Positions 12,235 to 26,140 of a stretch of 64,000 nucleotides of DNA are shown here, piece after piece; position 1 is the first letter of the stretch; every line of letters starts with the position of its first letter. The notes below the pieces were generated by a model. It searched no databases, was not told the origin of the DNA, and saw nothing but the letters and a program-made list of their open reading frames with translations. The stretch spans positions 33,728,001-33,792,000 of the forward strand of contig NW_027361730.1 of NCBI RefSeq assembly GCF_039654945.1, given 5' to 3'. This DNA comes from Dendrobates tinctorius (Eukaryota). The translations under genes were made by a program, and so were the position numbers.

Positions 12235-13667
12235 CTTGAATGGGTGAGACTCACCTGGTTTCCAGTGGAAAATTGTGCATGTTGCATTTTTTTACACAGA
12301 TTTGATCAATGAAAAAAATCTGCAGTGCCCAGTTGAATAATATTGGTCCAAGTGCTCTCTGTTTTTTTAATGAATCATTCGGACCAAAAATATGGTTGTA
12401 TGCACAAGCCCTTAGGCTGTGGCTACAAGGTGGCATGTGTCTTGCAATTGCAATTCTCAGACAAGTCGCTTGACCAAAAACATTTGTGCAACTTGTCTCC
12501 AACTTGCTTGAAAGTTGCAATTTTGCTCTAAGAACAACTAAATCACAGACTATTTGTACGCAAGTCAATATTACATAAAATCTGTATTGCAGGTGAGACT
12601 TGCGACTAGTGTCAGAATGTCGGACATAAATATTTGGAAGCACTTGCGACAGTGTAATAGTTGTGGAAGGTCACAGGTCATAATGTTACACCAAAGAAAA
12701 TCATTAGGTATGATACAAAACCATAATTTAAATGTCATGTGACACACATCCCAGTGTCACAATTTTCGAGTTCAGCCGCCATCATTTTTTTAAATCAATC
12801 ATCAATGCGTTAATTCTATGAAACGTGAAACCATGCTGACCTAATAGTACATAATTACCAAACCAATGTATTTGACCAAACCTAAATGATTATTCTTGGT
12901 ACCCTTCATTTTCGAGAAAAGGTTTAGAGGACAAATGACAACACTCCCTCTTAGAATTGTGGTCAGCCATAGCTTGTTACGCCTTTCTAGGACACCAACA
13001 AGCTTCTATGCGATCGCCAGCCGCCCAGCCACATTATATTACTGTCTGTTGCTTGCTGGTGTTTGTCAGGATTAGCTACTAGTAATAGTGAGCATTATAA
13101 ATGTAAAAGCAAATAAACATTAGTCTGGGTAATTAACCCAATTACAGATATTATTCTTCTCAGACAGGTAGAAAAATGAAAGCAGTGACCAATTTACTAT
13201 GTAGGGGGAAGTCCTGCACTTTTCCTCTGCATCGATTTCTTTAAACCTCCCTTACTGTTTCTAGTAAATCGACACCAACATCTATAACAACGCTGAATGT
13301 GCGTGTTACACGTTGTAGAGATTTTCCATTTTACCACTAGCACCGTCTCAGTTATTAAATCTTTTTCACACATTTTACAACTTTTATTGTATTTTCAGAA
13401 ATCTGTTACCAATTTGTATCACTTTGCATAGTAATACCTGGAATTGTCAACCCAGGCAATGACTGGATTCCTATACTCAGCATACTTTCGCTTTTTTAAT
13501 CCTAAAACAAACATCATGATTTTTTGCCTGAAAATTCAAATATCCTCCTCCCTGACACATACTTTAAAGAGCTTGTCCATTCCAATGACTTTTTGTAGCA
13601 TGGTTCACCAAATGTATACTGACTGCAGATCGTCCTACCGTTGACACCCACTGCGATCATCTGTAAT

Positions 13668-13919
13668 TAGTGACGAGCGGACCCATGGAAGATTGGGTTC
13701 TGGTACCAAAGTTCGGTTTGGGTACCAGAACTGTAACTGAACTTGAACCAGAACCCGAACCCCATTGAAAATAATGATGACCTGAACTTTTCAGCTGGAG
13801 AATTCTCTCTTTCTCTCTGCAATGGACTTCCGGGAGAAGTCCGTGTTCAGTGTTTAGCATCAGACACTAAATGCCCTGTATGAACCCCAAACTTTTAAGT
13901 TCAGGTTCGCTCATCTCTA
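13668..13919. mobile_element. hAT-like MITE
   Basis: TIRs TAGTGACGAGCGGAC / GTTCGCTCATCTCTA; 8-bp TSD TCTGTAAT / TATGCAAT (6/8). Confidence 0.78.
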
Positions 13920-14913
13920 TATGCAATCCCAAATTGATAACACAGCAGTAAGTGCTCAATTTCCCTGCACAACCATGACAAAGGAAATTATTGACTATAT
14001 GGTGGCCATTGATGTCATGAGGTCATGATGCCTCCGGATTCTGCACCATTTCCTTAGTTGCTGTGTTTGGGTTCTGTTAAACTATGCAGATAAAAGTCTC
14101 TTTAGCCCTAACAATTCATATAAGCCTCCTTTCAGAACCACACAATTGTTTGTACATTCATTTGTAGATTTTTTGCAAATTAATCATAATCCCCACTCTC
14201 TTTTTCACCTTTTGGCATAGAGGTGCAGATTTTCCCGTAGCATCAAGGGAAAAAAAGATATGAGTAAACATAAGCCCTAAAAAGACATTCCCAAGTGCTT
14301 CTAGAATTCAATATATCACTCTGCAACTTTTTAAACAGTCACTGTATTTTCAGGCAACTTGACTCTACTTGACAGATAATGTGCTATATAGGCAATCTGT
14401 AAATCTTTTTATACAAAAATGATATTGTCTCATCCCCGAAAAATCACTCGAAAGTGACGGTCACTAAGTGTCTCTTATAACTTCCTGTCCACTGCCTGTT
14501 GTCAAGTGTAATCTATCTCTAGCAGCAGAGATGCAGACTCGCATTACAGAAAGATGGGGGGTCTTTATCTCTGTTTCTGCTCCCTTGTCTGTCAAACTGG
14601 GTACTGGTATAATAGAGAGGCGAGCTTTCTGTTCAGGTAGGCAAATAATTAGACAATTTCAAGAACAATACATCCTTGGAAGGGAAGAAAAGTCAGATCT
14701 AACACCTATAAAGCTGGCAGAATGCTGATGAAAAGGAACCACCCACTCAAATAAAGTACATGGCAAGTAATGGAGCATGAGAATTGAGAATGCAGCTTTA
14801 ATGTGTTGGGGTATAAGGACTTCATGGCAAGGATTTTCTACAGGTTTTGTGTATAAGGACAGGAATACTCCAAAATTCTTCCTGGTATAATTAAACATTT
14901 TACCCACTGGACA

Positions 14914-15145
14914 TCTACTATATAATCGTCTAATTCTGTCTGTCTGTCTCTCTGTTTGTAATGGAAATCCCACGTTGCTGATTGGTCGCGCCGGCCGCGA
15001 CCAATCAGCGACAGGCGCAGTCCGGCCGCGAACTGGCGCGGAATTCGAACGATGCATGCCCCCGCTACCGCGGGTCATCTCCTGTCGCACAGATTTGTCT
15101 CATATTCTAGAATACCCAATGCATTAGAATCAGGCCACCATCTAG
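14914..15145 (+). mobile_element. Non-autonomous Helitron
   Basis: Starts TC(TACTATATAA) after A, ends CTAG before T, degenerate subterminal hairpin CCCAATGCATTAGAATCAGG, no TSD. A second copy is split by CR1 at ~60975/62514. Confidence 0.85.
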
Positions 15146-15194
15146 TATGATATAATTATTTAAAGCAGAACTGAACTGCTTATTGATTATTTTA

Positions 15195-16900
15195 AACCTT
15201 TTAATGACCGCTAATACGTCTTTTTACTGACCTGAGATATAAGAGACTAGCATCCCCATATAAATAACAATCCAGCAGCTGTCAGCTGTACACTATAGCT
15301 GACAACATGCTGCATCAGCCACAGTCAGTGTTGGCACCGTCCATATCTGTTTAACCCCTTAGATGCTGCTGTCAATAGTGACTACATCATATAAATGGTT
15401 AACAGAGTGTGGGGGCTCCCTCTTTATCCCCATCAGCACCCTGAGATCATAGTTCTGTGATCCTGAGGTTTGCCATGGCATTTCATGGCCAAATAGCGCC
15501 CTTAGAGTCTGCCAGCTATAGTAACTTGTTCAGAAGTTAGCGACATTTACGTGGTAAAAATACACTTTTTCACTCCTGCCATGTCAATTGGCATTAATTC
15601 TTCAAAATCTACTGAAGGGTTAATAAACTACCTGACAGCAGTTTTCAATATATCAATGGGTGCTGCTTTTAAAATGGTATCACTTTTGGGGGGTTTACAA
15701 TATATAGGACCCTCAAAGTCTCTTCAAACCTGGATAGGTCCCTAACAAAAAGTAATTTTGTAAATTTCTTTGGAAAAAGGATAAATTGTTGCTACATTTT
15801 TAAACCTCCTAAAATGCTAACAATATAAAATAACATTTTACAAATGGTGCTGATGTAAAGCAGACATGTGGGAAATGTTAATTATTAATGTTTTGCTATG
15901 GTATGACTGTCTGGATTAAACTGATAATCATTCAAAGTTTGAAAATTGCTATTTTTTTAACTTTTTTGTAAAATTTCTGATAGTTTTTATAAATAAACAC
16001 AAAACATATCGACCTAAATTTACCATTATCATAAAGTATAATGTGTCACGAAAAAACAGTCTCCAAATCAATGGAATATGTTGAAGCGTTCCAGTTATCT
16101 AATATATAAAGCTCAAAGTGTGTATGTATGTATGTATGTATGTTTGTGTGTATGTATGTGTGTGTGTATGTCCGGGATAGGCATCCGCACCGTCGCAGCT
16201 ACAGCCGCAAAATTTGGCACAGTCACACGTCTGGACCCCGAGAGCGTCATCATAGGTTGCAAGCCCCGCCACTCATTATAATGTCATAATGGTTGACTAT
16301 GAGATGGAGGATGTGTGATGGGTATATGGGCACTGGACTATGGGATGGTGGATATGTATGACGGGTATATGGGCACGGGACTATGGGATGGAGGATGTGT
16401 GATGGGTATATGGGCACTGGACTATGGGATGGAGGATATGTATGACTGGTATATGGGCACGGGACTATGGGATGGACGATATGTATGACTGGTATATGGG
16501 CACGGGACTATGGGATGGAGGATGTGTGATGGGTATATGGGCACTGGACTATGGGATGGAGGATATGTATGACGGGTATATGGGCACGGGACTATGGGGT
16601 GGCAGATATGTATGATGGGTATATGGGCACTCGACTATGGGATGGCGAATATGTATGATGGGTATATGGGTATGGGACTATGGGATGGAGGATGTGTGAT
16701 GGGTATATGGGCATGGGACTATGGGATGGAGGATGTATGATAGGTATATGGGCACAGGACTATGAGATGGAGGATAATTATAATTTGTTATAACTAACCA
16801 CAGTTAGTTACTATGCCTGGGCAGCGCTGGGCTCTTCAGCTAGTTACTACATAAAGTTACACTGGTCAGGTTTCACAAATTTGGCCCGCTCACTAAGGGG
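15195..16900. mobile_element. Degenerate piggyBac-like non-autonomous element hosting a Helitron
   Basis: TTAA-ACCTTTT start and TAAGGGG-ATAA end; segments inversely homologous to the 19690-22464 element. Confidence 0.6.
16098..16843 (+). mobile_element. Non-autonomous Helitron with internal 41-45 bp minisatellite (~16296-16775)
   Basis: A|TCTAATATATAA start, (TGTA)n tract, hairpin GCCTGGGCAGCGCTGGGC, CTAG|T end; host sequence rejoins on removal. Confidence 0.88.
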
Positions 16901-17619
16901 ATAAAATCACCTCTGATATGAACAAAGTAGATGCTGTATTTGACTTAGCAAAGAGAAACATATCATCATATAAAAAGTGTGAAATTGTGAAAACTTGAGC
17001 TTCAATGCCTTTTTCCTGAATGGTCACTATACTTTCAGGCAATTTAATATCACTTGATAATGAGATAAATAGGCAATCTGCAAATGACTTTAGCTAAAAA
17101 TGATATTATCTTATCTGGTGAAACACATTAGATGGCTGTCTGCCAAATGATGCTTCGGCTACATTCTGTAAAATGCTCTTGTGTTCTCTATGAGGAAGCT
17201 GCCGTCTGATAAGTCAGCCGTCGGCTTACCTCTGGGAGAACAACGCAATCTGCACTCTGAAATCAGACATGCGCGATCAATATCTCCCCAATGATCAGTC
17301 AGCCATCAACCCCATACACAATAGATTGTCGGCCGATCTTGTCGATATCGGAAGCTTTTGATAACCTGGGTATAATGTGTATAGTAGACTTTAGTTTTCA
17401 AAAACTAACTCCATAGTGTGTCCTCCATATGTTCCCTTTTGTCTAACTTGCGGTAGACTACCCATTGTCTACTGTATATAGCAACAGAGACACCAAGAAG
17501 AATTACAGGAAGTGCAGCGAGCCTTTACCTTCCTGCTCCTGCTCTCCTGTCTGTCACCTTACAGGTATAATGGGGAAGTGGGCTTTCAGTTCAGGGCATT
17601 AAAGCCATTAGACAATGGC

Positions 17620-19170
17620 AGAAGCAATGTATGCTGGAAAACAAAGGAAAGGAAGTTCCAAAAGCTACAATGCTGGCATAATACAGATGAAGAGAACCAG
17701 GCAATGCAAAGAGAGTGGATGGCATGTCATAGAGTAAGAGAATTTGGGTAGTTAGTCGACATATTGGACTGGTATAGTGTACTGGGAGACATTTAACTTG
17801 TGTTGGAAGAGGATAGAAAAAAAATTATTTTTTCAAGTTTTGTTTGTAAGGACAGGTACACTATAAATGCATCTATTTTCTGTCTCTACTGTATAATGGA
17901 AAATATTAATTTAAAAAACTTGCCCTTTGAGATTGTCCTAACCATTATGTCTACAGAAATTGGTTGGTGGATTACAATCGGGCATCATTCACCATCTTTA
18001 TGGATTTAGGTATTTATAAAGCTACTTTGCAAAAAGCCTTGGTCAAACATTTCCTTTGCCTTCCATATGCAGTTATTGTGAAGACCAATGGCCACCAATG
18101 CTCCATGCTTACAGTCCACAAACAAGAGACCCCCAGCACAGGACCAGAGGTAACAGTTTCCTTTGTGGGTGAGAAATTAAGCTTCATTCTAGCAGAATTG
18201 GATTTTCAGTGTTACCTTTCCTAGACAGGCAAAGAGGACGACGTTACACAATCCTAATAGCTTCTACTTATTCAGACACCACTTAATCATCGTGGGCCAC
18301 AAGAAACCAGGTGGCATTTTCCAGGTATACAGACCACACAAAAAAGATGATAATTATGAAGAGCTGGCACAGAGCTTATTACACTTCTGCTGGATGTAGA
18401 GGATCTTTCCGTGAGAGCAGTAGCTCATTATTTCGGTAGAAGAGACGCGGGGACGACCTTTCTGAGAGAACAAGAAATTCCCATGGAGATTTGGGCGATC
18501 TGGTGGAGCCATGTAAGAAAGACCTCCCAGGGAGAATGATCAATGGGGGTTGTCCAACTTTCTTATCTCATGCACCTCTGAAATGATATTTAGGGCATCT
18601 CTGCAGGGTGGCAGATTCAGGGAATCACTGACATTATAAGTGTTCTAAGAATGAGTATCCCTGTCTGGTAGAAACATGGAGACATAATAATCCGTGTCAT
18701 GGCACCTGCTTCTTCACAATTATCCTAACAAAACCTACTGATGTGCAATATTTAATGCGAAGAACTCATTTGTTGCCTACATACGGTATATATTATATCT
18801 GTCCCATGTATAGCACAGCCCAATAATTATATGCCCTGCTCATCAATACTCAGCAAGTTCAATTACTCTATGTACCAAGTCATTCCTTACACTAGAAAAC
18901 AGTATGCTCATGATAGAGAAAATATGGATCTTGCCTTGGATACTTCTTTGCATAATCCACAATTATCTCCCTCTACACCAGAAAATATTTACAGGCGGGT
19001 GAATATACCATGGCATCCTCCATTTTGCACCTGTCACATAATTTGCATCAAGTCCCCGGAGCACCAGATTCATCAGCAATGGTTTAATTTACAGATGGAG
19101 CAGACCTTCTTGAAGCATCATGTGGAGTTACAGAAACCCACAACTTATAAAGTTCACTACATATTTATGT
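17620..19170. pseudogene. Highly degraded L1-like ORF2 3' fragments
   Basis: HRAYYT..CWM..AHYF near 18365-18435 (+) and NCGLCKEV near 18940-18965 (-) resemble L1 C-terminal zinc-knuckle regions; heavily frameshifted. Confidence 0.35.
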
Positions 19171-19689
19171 GAAATTGATAAAATGTAAGACCTGCATTTT
19201 GACAAGTGCTATGTATGGTGATTTTATTAGTGGACTAAAACTTAAAAAAAAAAAAGTCACTTAAAGGGGTTGTCCTATAAACATTTATCACGTCTACAAA
19301 AAAGTTTTAGTGGGGACAAACAGCCATGCCGGTACCCTCACATGTGAAAACAAGCAGACATTTTCCCTTTACAGCGTCTATCGCACGGTAACAGGAAAAA
19401 TTAGAATTCGCTGCTTCACTCCAGCATATTATTGGAATCTCTCCAACTTTTAAAGGTGATTATTCAGACAAGAATAGTACATCAGGGAATTTGGTCACAA
19501 TGTCGCACAATGTATTAAAACGAGTTTAAACTGGAAGCATGACTTTAAAGTTCAATTGTGGAAAAAATCTTGCCGTAATTTTGGCGACTGAAAATCCATT
19601 CTATACATGTTAACGGGTTTGTGTAGGATCTTTTCTCACAGTGGTTTTCCTTCAATTACAAGCATGTGCCGATAAATGCTTATGTTTAA

Positions 19690-22464
19690 CCCCTTAGCGA
19701 CAGAGCCAGTTTGCAGCTTAATGACCAGGCCAATTTTTACAATTCTGACCACTGTCCCTTTATGAGGTTATAACTCTGGAACGCTTTAATGGATCCTGCT
19801 GATTCTAAGACTGTTTTTTCGTGACATATTGTACTTCATATTAGTGGTAAAATTTCTTCGATAAGTCTTGTGTTTATTTATGAAAAAAATGGAAATATGG
19901 CGAAAATTTTGAAAATTTTGCAATTTTAAAACTTTAAACTTTTATGCCCTCAAATCAAATCAATTTCTTAATAAATAACATTTCCCACATGTCTACTTTA
20001 CATCAGCACAATTTTGGAAGCAAAATTTTTTTTTGTTAGGAAGTTATAAGGGTTAAAAGTTGACCAGCGATTTCTCATTTTCACAACAAAATTTACAAAA
20101 CCATTTTTTTTAGGGACCACATCATATTTAAAGTCATTTTGAGGGGTGTACATGACAGAAAATACCCAAAAGTGGCACCATTCTAAACACTAGACCCCTC
20201 AAGGTGCTCAAAACCACATTCAAGAAGTTTATTAACCCTTTAAGTGCTTCACAGGAACTAAAGCAATGTGGAAGGAAAAAATTAATATTTAACTTTTTTT
20301 TGCAAAAAATTTACTTCAGAACCAATTTTTTTTATTTTCACAAGTGTTAAAAGAGAAAATCAACCACAAAATTTGTTGTACAATTTCTCCTGAATACGCC
20401 GATACCCTATATGTGGGGGTAAACCACTATTTCAGCACACGGCAGAGCTCGCAAGGGATGGAGCGCCGTTTGACATTTTCAACGCAGAATTGGCTGGAAT
20501 TGAGATCGGATGCCATGTTGCGTTCGGAGAGCCCTTAATGTGCCTAAACAGTGGAAACCTCCAACAAGTGACCCCATTTTGGAAACTAGACCCATTAAGG
20601 AACTTATCTAGATGTGTGGTGAGCACTTTGAACCCCCAAGGACTTCACAGAAGTTTATAACGTAGAGCCGTGAAAATAAGAAATCTATTTTTTTCCACAA
20701 AGATGATCTTTTCGCCCCCAAATTTTTATTTTTTACAAGGGTAACAGGAGAAATCATACCCGCACAGTTGTTATGCGATTTGTCCTGAGTACGCCGATAC
20801 CCCATATGTGGGGGGGAACCACTGTTTGGGCGCATGGGAGAGCTCGGAGGGGAAGGAGTGCCATTTTGGAATGCAGACTTTGATGGAATGGTCTGCGGGC
20901 ATCATGTTGCGCTTGCAGAGCCCCTGATGGGCCTAAACAGTGGAAACCCCCCACAAGTGACCCCATTTTGGAAACTAGACCCATTAAGGAACTTATCTAG
21001 ATGTGTGGTGAGCACTTTGAACCTTCAAGTGCTTCACAGAAGTTTATAACGTAGAGCCGTGAAAATAAAAAATCCATTTTTTTTCCACAAAAATGATCTT
21101 TTCACCCCCAAATTTTTATTTTTACAAGGGTAACAGGAGAAATCATACCCGCACAGTTGTTATGCGATTTGTCCTGAGTACGCCGATACCCCATATGTGG
21201 GGGGGAACCACTGTTTGGGCGCATGGGAGAGCTCGGAAGGAAAGGAGTGCCATTTTGGAATGCAGACTTTGATGGAATGGTCTGCGGGCATCATGTTGCG
21301 CTTGCAGAGCCCCTGATGGGCCTAAACAGTGGAAACCCCCCCACAAGTGACCCCATTTTGGAAATTAGACCCCCTAATGAACTTATCTAGATGTGTGGTG
21401 AGCACTTTGAACCCCCAAGCGCTTCACAAAAGTTTATAAACGCAGAACCGTGAAAATAAAAAGTATTTTTTTATTTCCACAAAAGTGATTTTTTAGACCC
21501 CAATTTTTAGACCCCCAAAGTTGGAAAATAGTGGAAACCCCTCAATTCTTGCTCCAACCCTAACCCCAACACACTCCTAACCCTAATCCCAACCCTAACC
21601 CTAATCCCAACCCTAATCCTAATTCTAACCCTAATTCTAGTTCACCCTAACCCTAATTCTAACCCTAGTCGTGACCCGAGCCCTAACCCTAGCCCTAGCA
21701 CAACCCTAACCCTAACCCTAGCCCAACNNNNNNNNNNNNNNNNNNNNNNNNNNNNNNNNNNNNNNNNNNNNNNNNNNNNNNNNNNNNNNNNNNNNNNNNN
21801 NNNNNNNNNNNNNNNNNNNNNNNNNNNNNNNNNNNNNNNNNNNNNNNNNNNNNNNNNNNNNNNNNNNNNNNAAAAATATTTTCTTTATTTCATTATATTG
21901 GCCTATATAAGGGAGTGATAAACGGGGGGGTTATGTACTATTTTTTTTATTTTGATCACTATGATCGTTTATCATAGTGATCAAAATAATGAATGGAATC
22001 TGCCAGCCGGAGCCGGCAGATTCCCGGCGGGCGCACTGCGCATGCGCCCGCCATTTTCAAGATGGCGGCGCCCATCGGAGGATGCCGGAGGGACGTGGGA
22101 CCACCGGGAGGGGACGGAGGGCCACGGAGAGGTACCGGGGGGGGATCGGGGACCCTATTTCTCTCTCCTCTGATGTGCGATCACATCAGAGGAGAGAGAA
22201 ATTAAATGTAAAATCGCGGCTTTTTTTTTTTTTGCGGTCGCCGTTATAGGGTTAATAACGGCGATCGCAAAAGCGGGGGTCGGTAAAAACCGACCGATTC
22301 ATGTTCTCTGGGGTCTCGGCTACCCCTGGCAGCCGAGACCCTGGAGAAAATCCGACACTGGGGGGCGCTATTCACTTAAATCACAGCGCCGTGAATTAAC
22401 GGCGCTGTGGTTTTAGTACCCTTAATTACCGCCGTTAAAAGGCGTATCGGCGGTCGTTAAGGGG
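19690..22464. mobile_element. Non-autonomous piggyBac-like element with ~390-bp internal tandem repeats, a telomere-like tract and an assembly gap
   Basis: TTAA TSDs (19686-89, 22465-68), TIRs CCCCTTAGCGAC / GTCGTTAAGGGG; about three ~390-bp units at ~20340-21500. Confidence 0.88.
21554..21727. repeat. Degenerate (CCCTAA)n tract internal to the piggyBac-like element
   Basis: CCCTAA/CCCTAG/TTCTAA variants running into the N gap. Confidence 0.9.
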
Positions 22465-23144
22465 TTAATGGAAGAACGTCACAGATGGCATAATGCGGCA
22501 TCTATCAATCATTGGATTTCCATATAAAAAAAACATATAACAAAGTATAGATTATTTACTGGATCTTCTGTGCTGCCTGTTGCTCTATTCTAGTCAGAGA
22601 ATAAGGACAGAATTAGAAGCCTCTGCTTGGGCGTCTACGTTTGTTTCCTAATACAATGAATGGAAATAAAAGATGGAGTATGAACACAGCCTTGTCCACC
22701 ATATGCAGCAACGACTCCACGGCCCATGTAAATAAATAAGACAATAGCCTGAAATTTCTGAAATAAATCTGCTATATGTAAAAATAAACTACCAAAGCTG
22801 GAAGAACAGCTTTAGAGTACGTTCTCACGTTCAGTGTTTGGTCAGTATTTGTCAAAATCATGTAGCCAGGTCAATTTTACTGCGTAATCAAACATAAAAC
22901 CCAATAAATAATGGTGGAGTTGCATTTTTTTCAGCAATTCATTGCTCATAGACTATTTTTGCAGGAAATTTACCATTACTCTATATGGTAAAATTAACGG
23001 TGTCATTCAAAACTGCAAATATCCTGCACACAAACAAACCTTCATATGTCTATGCTGATGGAAAAATAAAGAAAAGTTATGGCTGTTTGGAAAAGTGGAG
23101 ACTAAAAATTAAAATGTAAAAATGAAAATGTTATGCCTTGTTAA

Positions 23145-23511
23145 CCCCTTAATGCCATTTGGATGCGGTAATCCCGCATCAAAGCCAGGACATGTCAGCT
23201 GTTTTGAACAGCTGACATGTGCCCTCAATAGGTGCAGGTGGAATCGCGATCCACCCGCGCCTATTAAATAGTTAAATGCCGCTGTCAAACGTTGACAGTG
23301 GCATTTAAACAGCGTTTCAGGCCGCCGGGCCGGAAATACGCGCATCGAGTACTCGACATGCTAAAACCAATGATGTTTTTCAAAAGCACAACTCGTCCGG
23401 CAAAAAATAAGCCCTCACATGGCCATATTGATGGAAAAATAAAAAGTTATGGCTCTGGAAAGAAGGGGAGCGAAAAACGAAAAACCGGAAAAACCTCCGG
23501 TCATTAAGGGG
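23145..23511. mobile_element. piggyBac-like MITE inserted into a TTAA at the end of an older related element (~22860-23523)
   Basis: TTAA TSDs, TIRs CCCCTTAATG / CATTAAGGGG; the host terminus AGGGTTAA follows. Confidence 0.85.
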
Positions 23512-24199
23512 TTAAAGGGTTAAAACTTGTACCCCCATTACAAATGACATAAAGAACAAGGTAAGGATTACTAAATCAAAATGCTGCTTTCTGTGTATAG
23601 ACTGGTGCTAATATTATTCTTGTATTATCAATTGTTTAAATCTATATATTATTATTATTATTTATTTTTGGAGCACTAATGATTCCATGGTGCTGTACAT
23701 GAGAATATATAACATTATGTTTATTTATATACAATATTCATAGTGTAGATGTAAATAATACAAAAACACAAGATAACAGACGTACATTTACTGTTATATT
23801 TCACACAGTAGAGTGTTGAAGTTGCCAACAATTTTGTCAGGCCCAGTTTTGGGGTTTTGTATGAAATTATGTCCAATTTGTCTTTTTTCTCAATTTTTTC
23901 TGTTGTTCCAATACACAGAAAGGAGTATAATAAAGCATGTAATTGCAGTAATTTTCTGAGAGAAATACTTCATTTCTGGAACACTTTCGGCCATGACTGT
24001 ATATACAGTATATACTTAGTGAATATAAAAAGTCTCTACACCACTGATAAAATGCCAGGTTTTTTTCATTTAAAGGAATCATACCAATAAGAATAATTTT
24101 CAGAACATTTTCAAACTTTAATGTCACCCATCATCTGTGTTATCCATTGAGAGACAAACTTAAATAATTTTAAGAGAGTAAAATAAAAGTAACAAAACA

Positions 24200-24785
24200 A
24201 AGATAGTGTTTTTGCATAAGGGTGAACACCTTCTTATAATTAGGGATGTGGCTGTGTTCAGAAATAGCCAATCACATTTAAACTCTGCCGTCATTTACGA
24301 CAGTGATTCTGGTTGACCTCATCCAAAATTTAACTGGTCTAACAGGATTTTTCTGATATTTCCTTAGCTGCATTTTACAGCAAAAGCCATGGTCCGTAAA
24401 CAGCAAACAACACAGCAAAGGGATTTCATTGTTTAAAGTTATCAGTCAGGTGAAGGGTACAAACATTATTCCAAGGCATTTAGATGAGAAACACTATGAA
24501 GCCAGTTCATCAAGAAGTGGCTTCAATTTGGCACAGTCACATTACCTAGAACTGAAAAAAACCTTCAAAAATTGATGAAAATACAAAAAGGAAAATTGGT
24601 CAGTGAAGCTGCTAAGATGCCTACAGCAACTTTAAAGGAGCTGCTAGGATTTCTGGCAAGTGCTGGTTGTTTGCTACATATGACAATCTCCTGTATTCTT
24701 CATGTGTGCAGCCAGTGGGGTAGGGTGGCAAGACGGAAGTCCTTTCTTGCAAAGAAAAACATCCATGCCCGACTATATTTTGTCT
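24200..24785 (+). pseudogene. Tc1 transposase N-terminal fragment
   Basis: ATGGTCCGTAAA at ~24389; YQSGEGYK, LVSEAAKMPTATLKEL and GRVARRKSFLAKKNIHARL; frameshifted. Confidence 0.75.
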
Positions 24786-25104
24786 CCATTTTCCTCCCTA
24801 TGGCGCTGCCTTGTTATTATTGGACAGAATCATAGTGGGAAAGTGCTTGCCCACAGATTTGAATGAATTTAAATGCCTAGGTGAATGATAGGAAAGTTAA
24901 TGCATTAGGTTCCAGCAAGTTTGGGTGCCCTGTATCTCCACAAAGGAGTAAAGTAAAAAATAATTTAAAAAAAATCAAAACGTGTTTTACGTACATTCCT
25001 GCTACTATGTGCATGAATGTACAGTTTATAAATCAAAAACTAGTGAAAGGTCCTCTTTGCTGAGTGCATACACAGATATATCTATAGACTATATACTACT
25101 GTAT

Positions 25105-26140
25105 ACCGTTGGGGCCAAAAGTTTTCAGACACAAATTTTGCTCTTCACACACTTTGCTCCTTCAGTGTTTTTAGAACTATTAGTCAGATGTTTCTATGGC
25201 CACTGATGTACAATTTAAAATATTTTATAGGTTTTCAAACTTCTGCAATTCACCCTGACATGCCTGATATTCGTTTCTGGACAAAATCCTGGCTGACCGC
25301 AATCTGTTTTTGTCTAATTTACTTATTTTATTCATTTATATAGCGCCATTAATTTCACAGCGCTTTACATACATTATAATCACTGTCCCCGATGGGGCTC
25401 ACAATCTACATTCCCTATCAGTATGTCTTTGGAATGTGGGAGGAAACTGGAGAACCTGGAGGAAACCCACGCAAACACGGGGAGAACATACAAACTCCTT
25501 GCAGATGTTTCCTTGGTGGGATTTGATCCAAGGACCCCAGCGCAGCCTGCAAGGCTAACCACTGAGCCACCGTGCCGCCCTCAATGCTTAGAGTTTATCA
25601 CAATTTTTGTGTTTTTTTTTGTCCACCGCTTTTTGGGGATTGACCACAAGTTCTCAATGAGATTAAATTCTGGAGAGTTTATTGGCCATGAACCCAAATT
25701 GTCAATATTTTGTTCACCGAGCCACTCATTCATTCATATAATTTTTGCCTTTTGACATGGTCTCCATCATGCTGGAAAAGCACTGTTCATCCCCAAATGA
25801 CTACTGGATCGGTGGGAGAAGTTGCTCTTGTAGGATGTTTAGATACCATTCTTTAATCATGGCAGTATTCCTAGGCAAAATAGTTAGGGATCCCACTCTC
25901 TTGTATGAAAAGCAAACTCACACATGAATATCAGAGAATACAGCTTTGTGGGATGTACAGGAATTCGACTGGAAAGCACTGGTTTAAAGTACTTTTCTCT
26001 GATGAAGACTCCCTTCAAACTGTTTGAGACATTTGGAAAATGAGAAGAGGAGGTCTACCGTGAGTCCTGTGTCCCGCCAATAGTAAAGCACCCTGAGACT
26101 GAGACTATTCATATGTGGGGTTGCGTTTTCATCCAAAAAA
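25105..26140. mobile_element. Rearranged Tc1 fragments interrupted by a SINE
   Basis: Tc1-type end CCGTTGGGGCCAAAAGTTTT; minus-strand WPINSPEFNLIENLW at ~25645-25690; + strand VLFSDE..WGC remnants at ~25990-26125. Confidence 0.6.
25324..25580 (-). mobile_element. tRNA-derived SINE (V-SINE-like) with L2-type 3' tail
   Basis: Minus strand begins GGGCGGCACGGTGGCTCAGTGG (A box), has GGATCAAATCCC (B box), the V-domain-like TGGGTTTCCTCCAGG..TTTCCTCCCACA and the tail TGGCGCTATATAAATGAATAAA. Confidence 0.88.

Noticed and set aside
18225-18580. Host coding exon
   Set aside because: Stops in all frames; motifs fit a decayed L1 3' end better.
21554-21727. True telomere or chromosome fusion site
   Set aside because: Degenerate, single orientation and internal to a TTAA-flanked element.
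25520-25580. tRNA gene
   Set aside because: A and B boxes belong to a SINE head; no complete cloverleaf.
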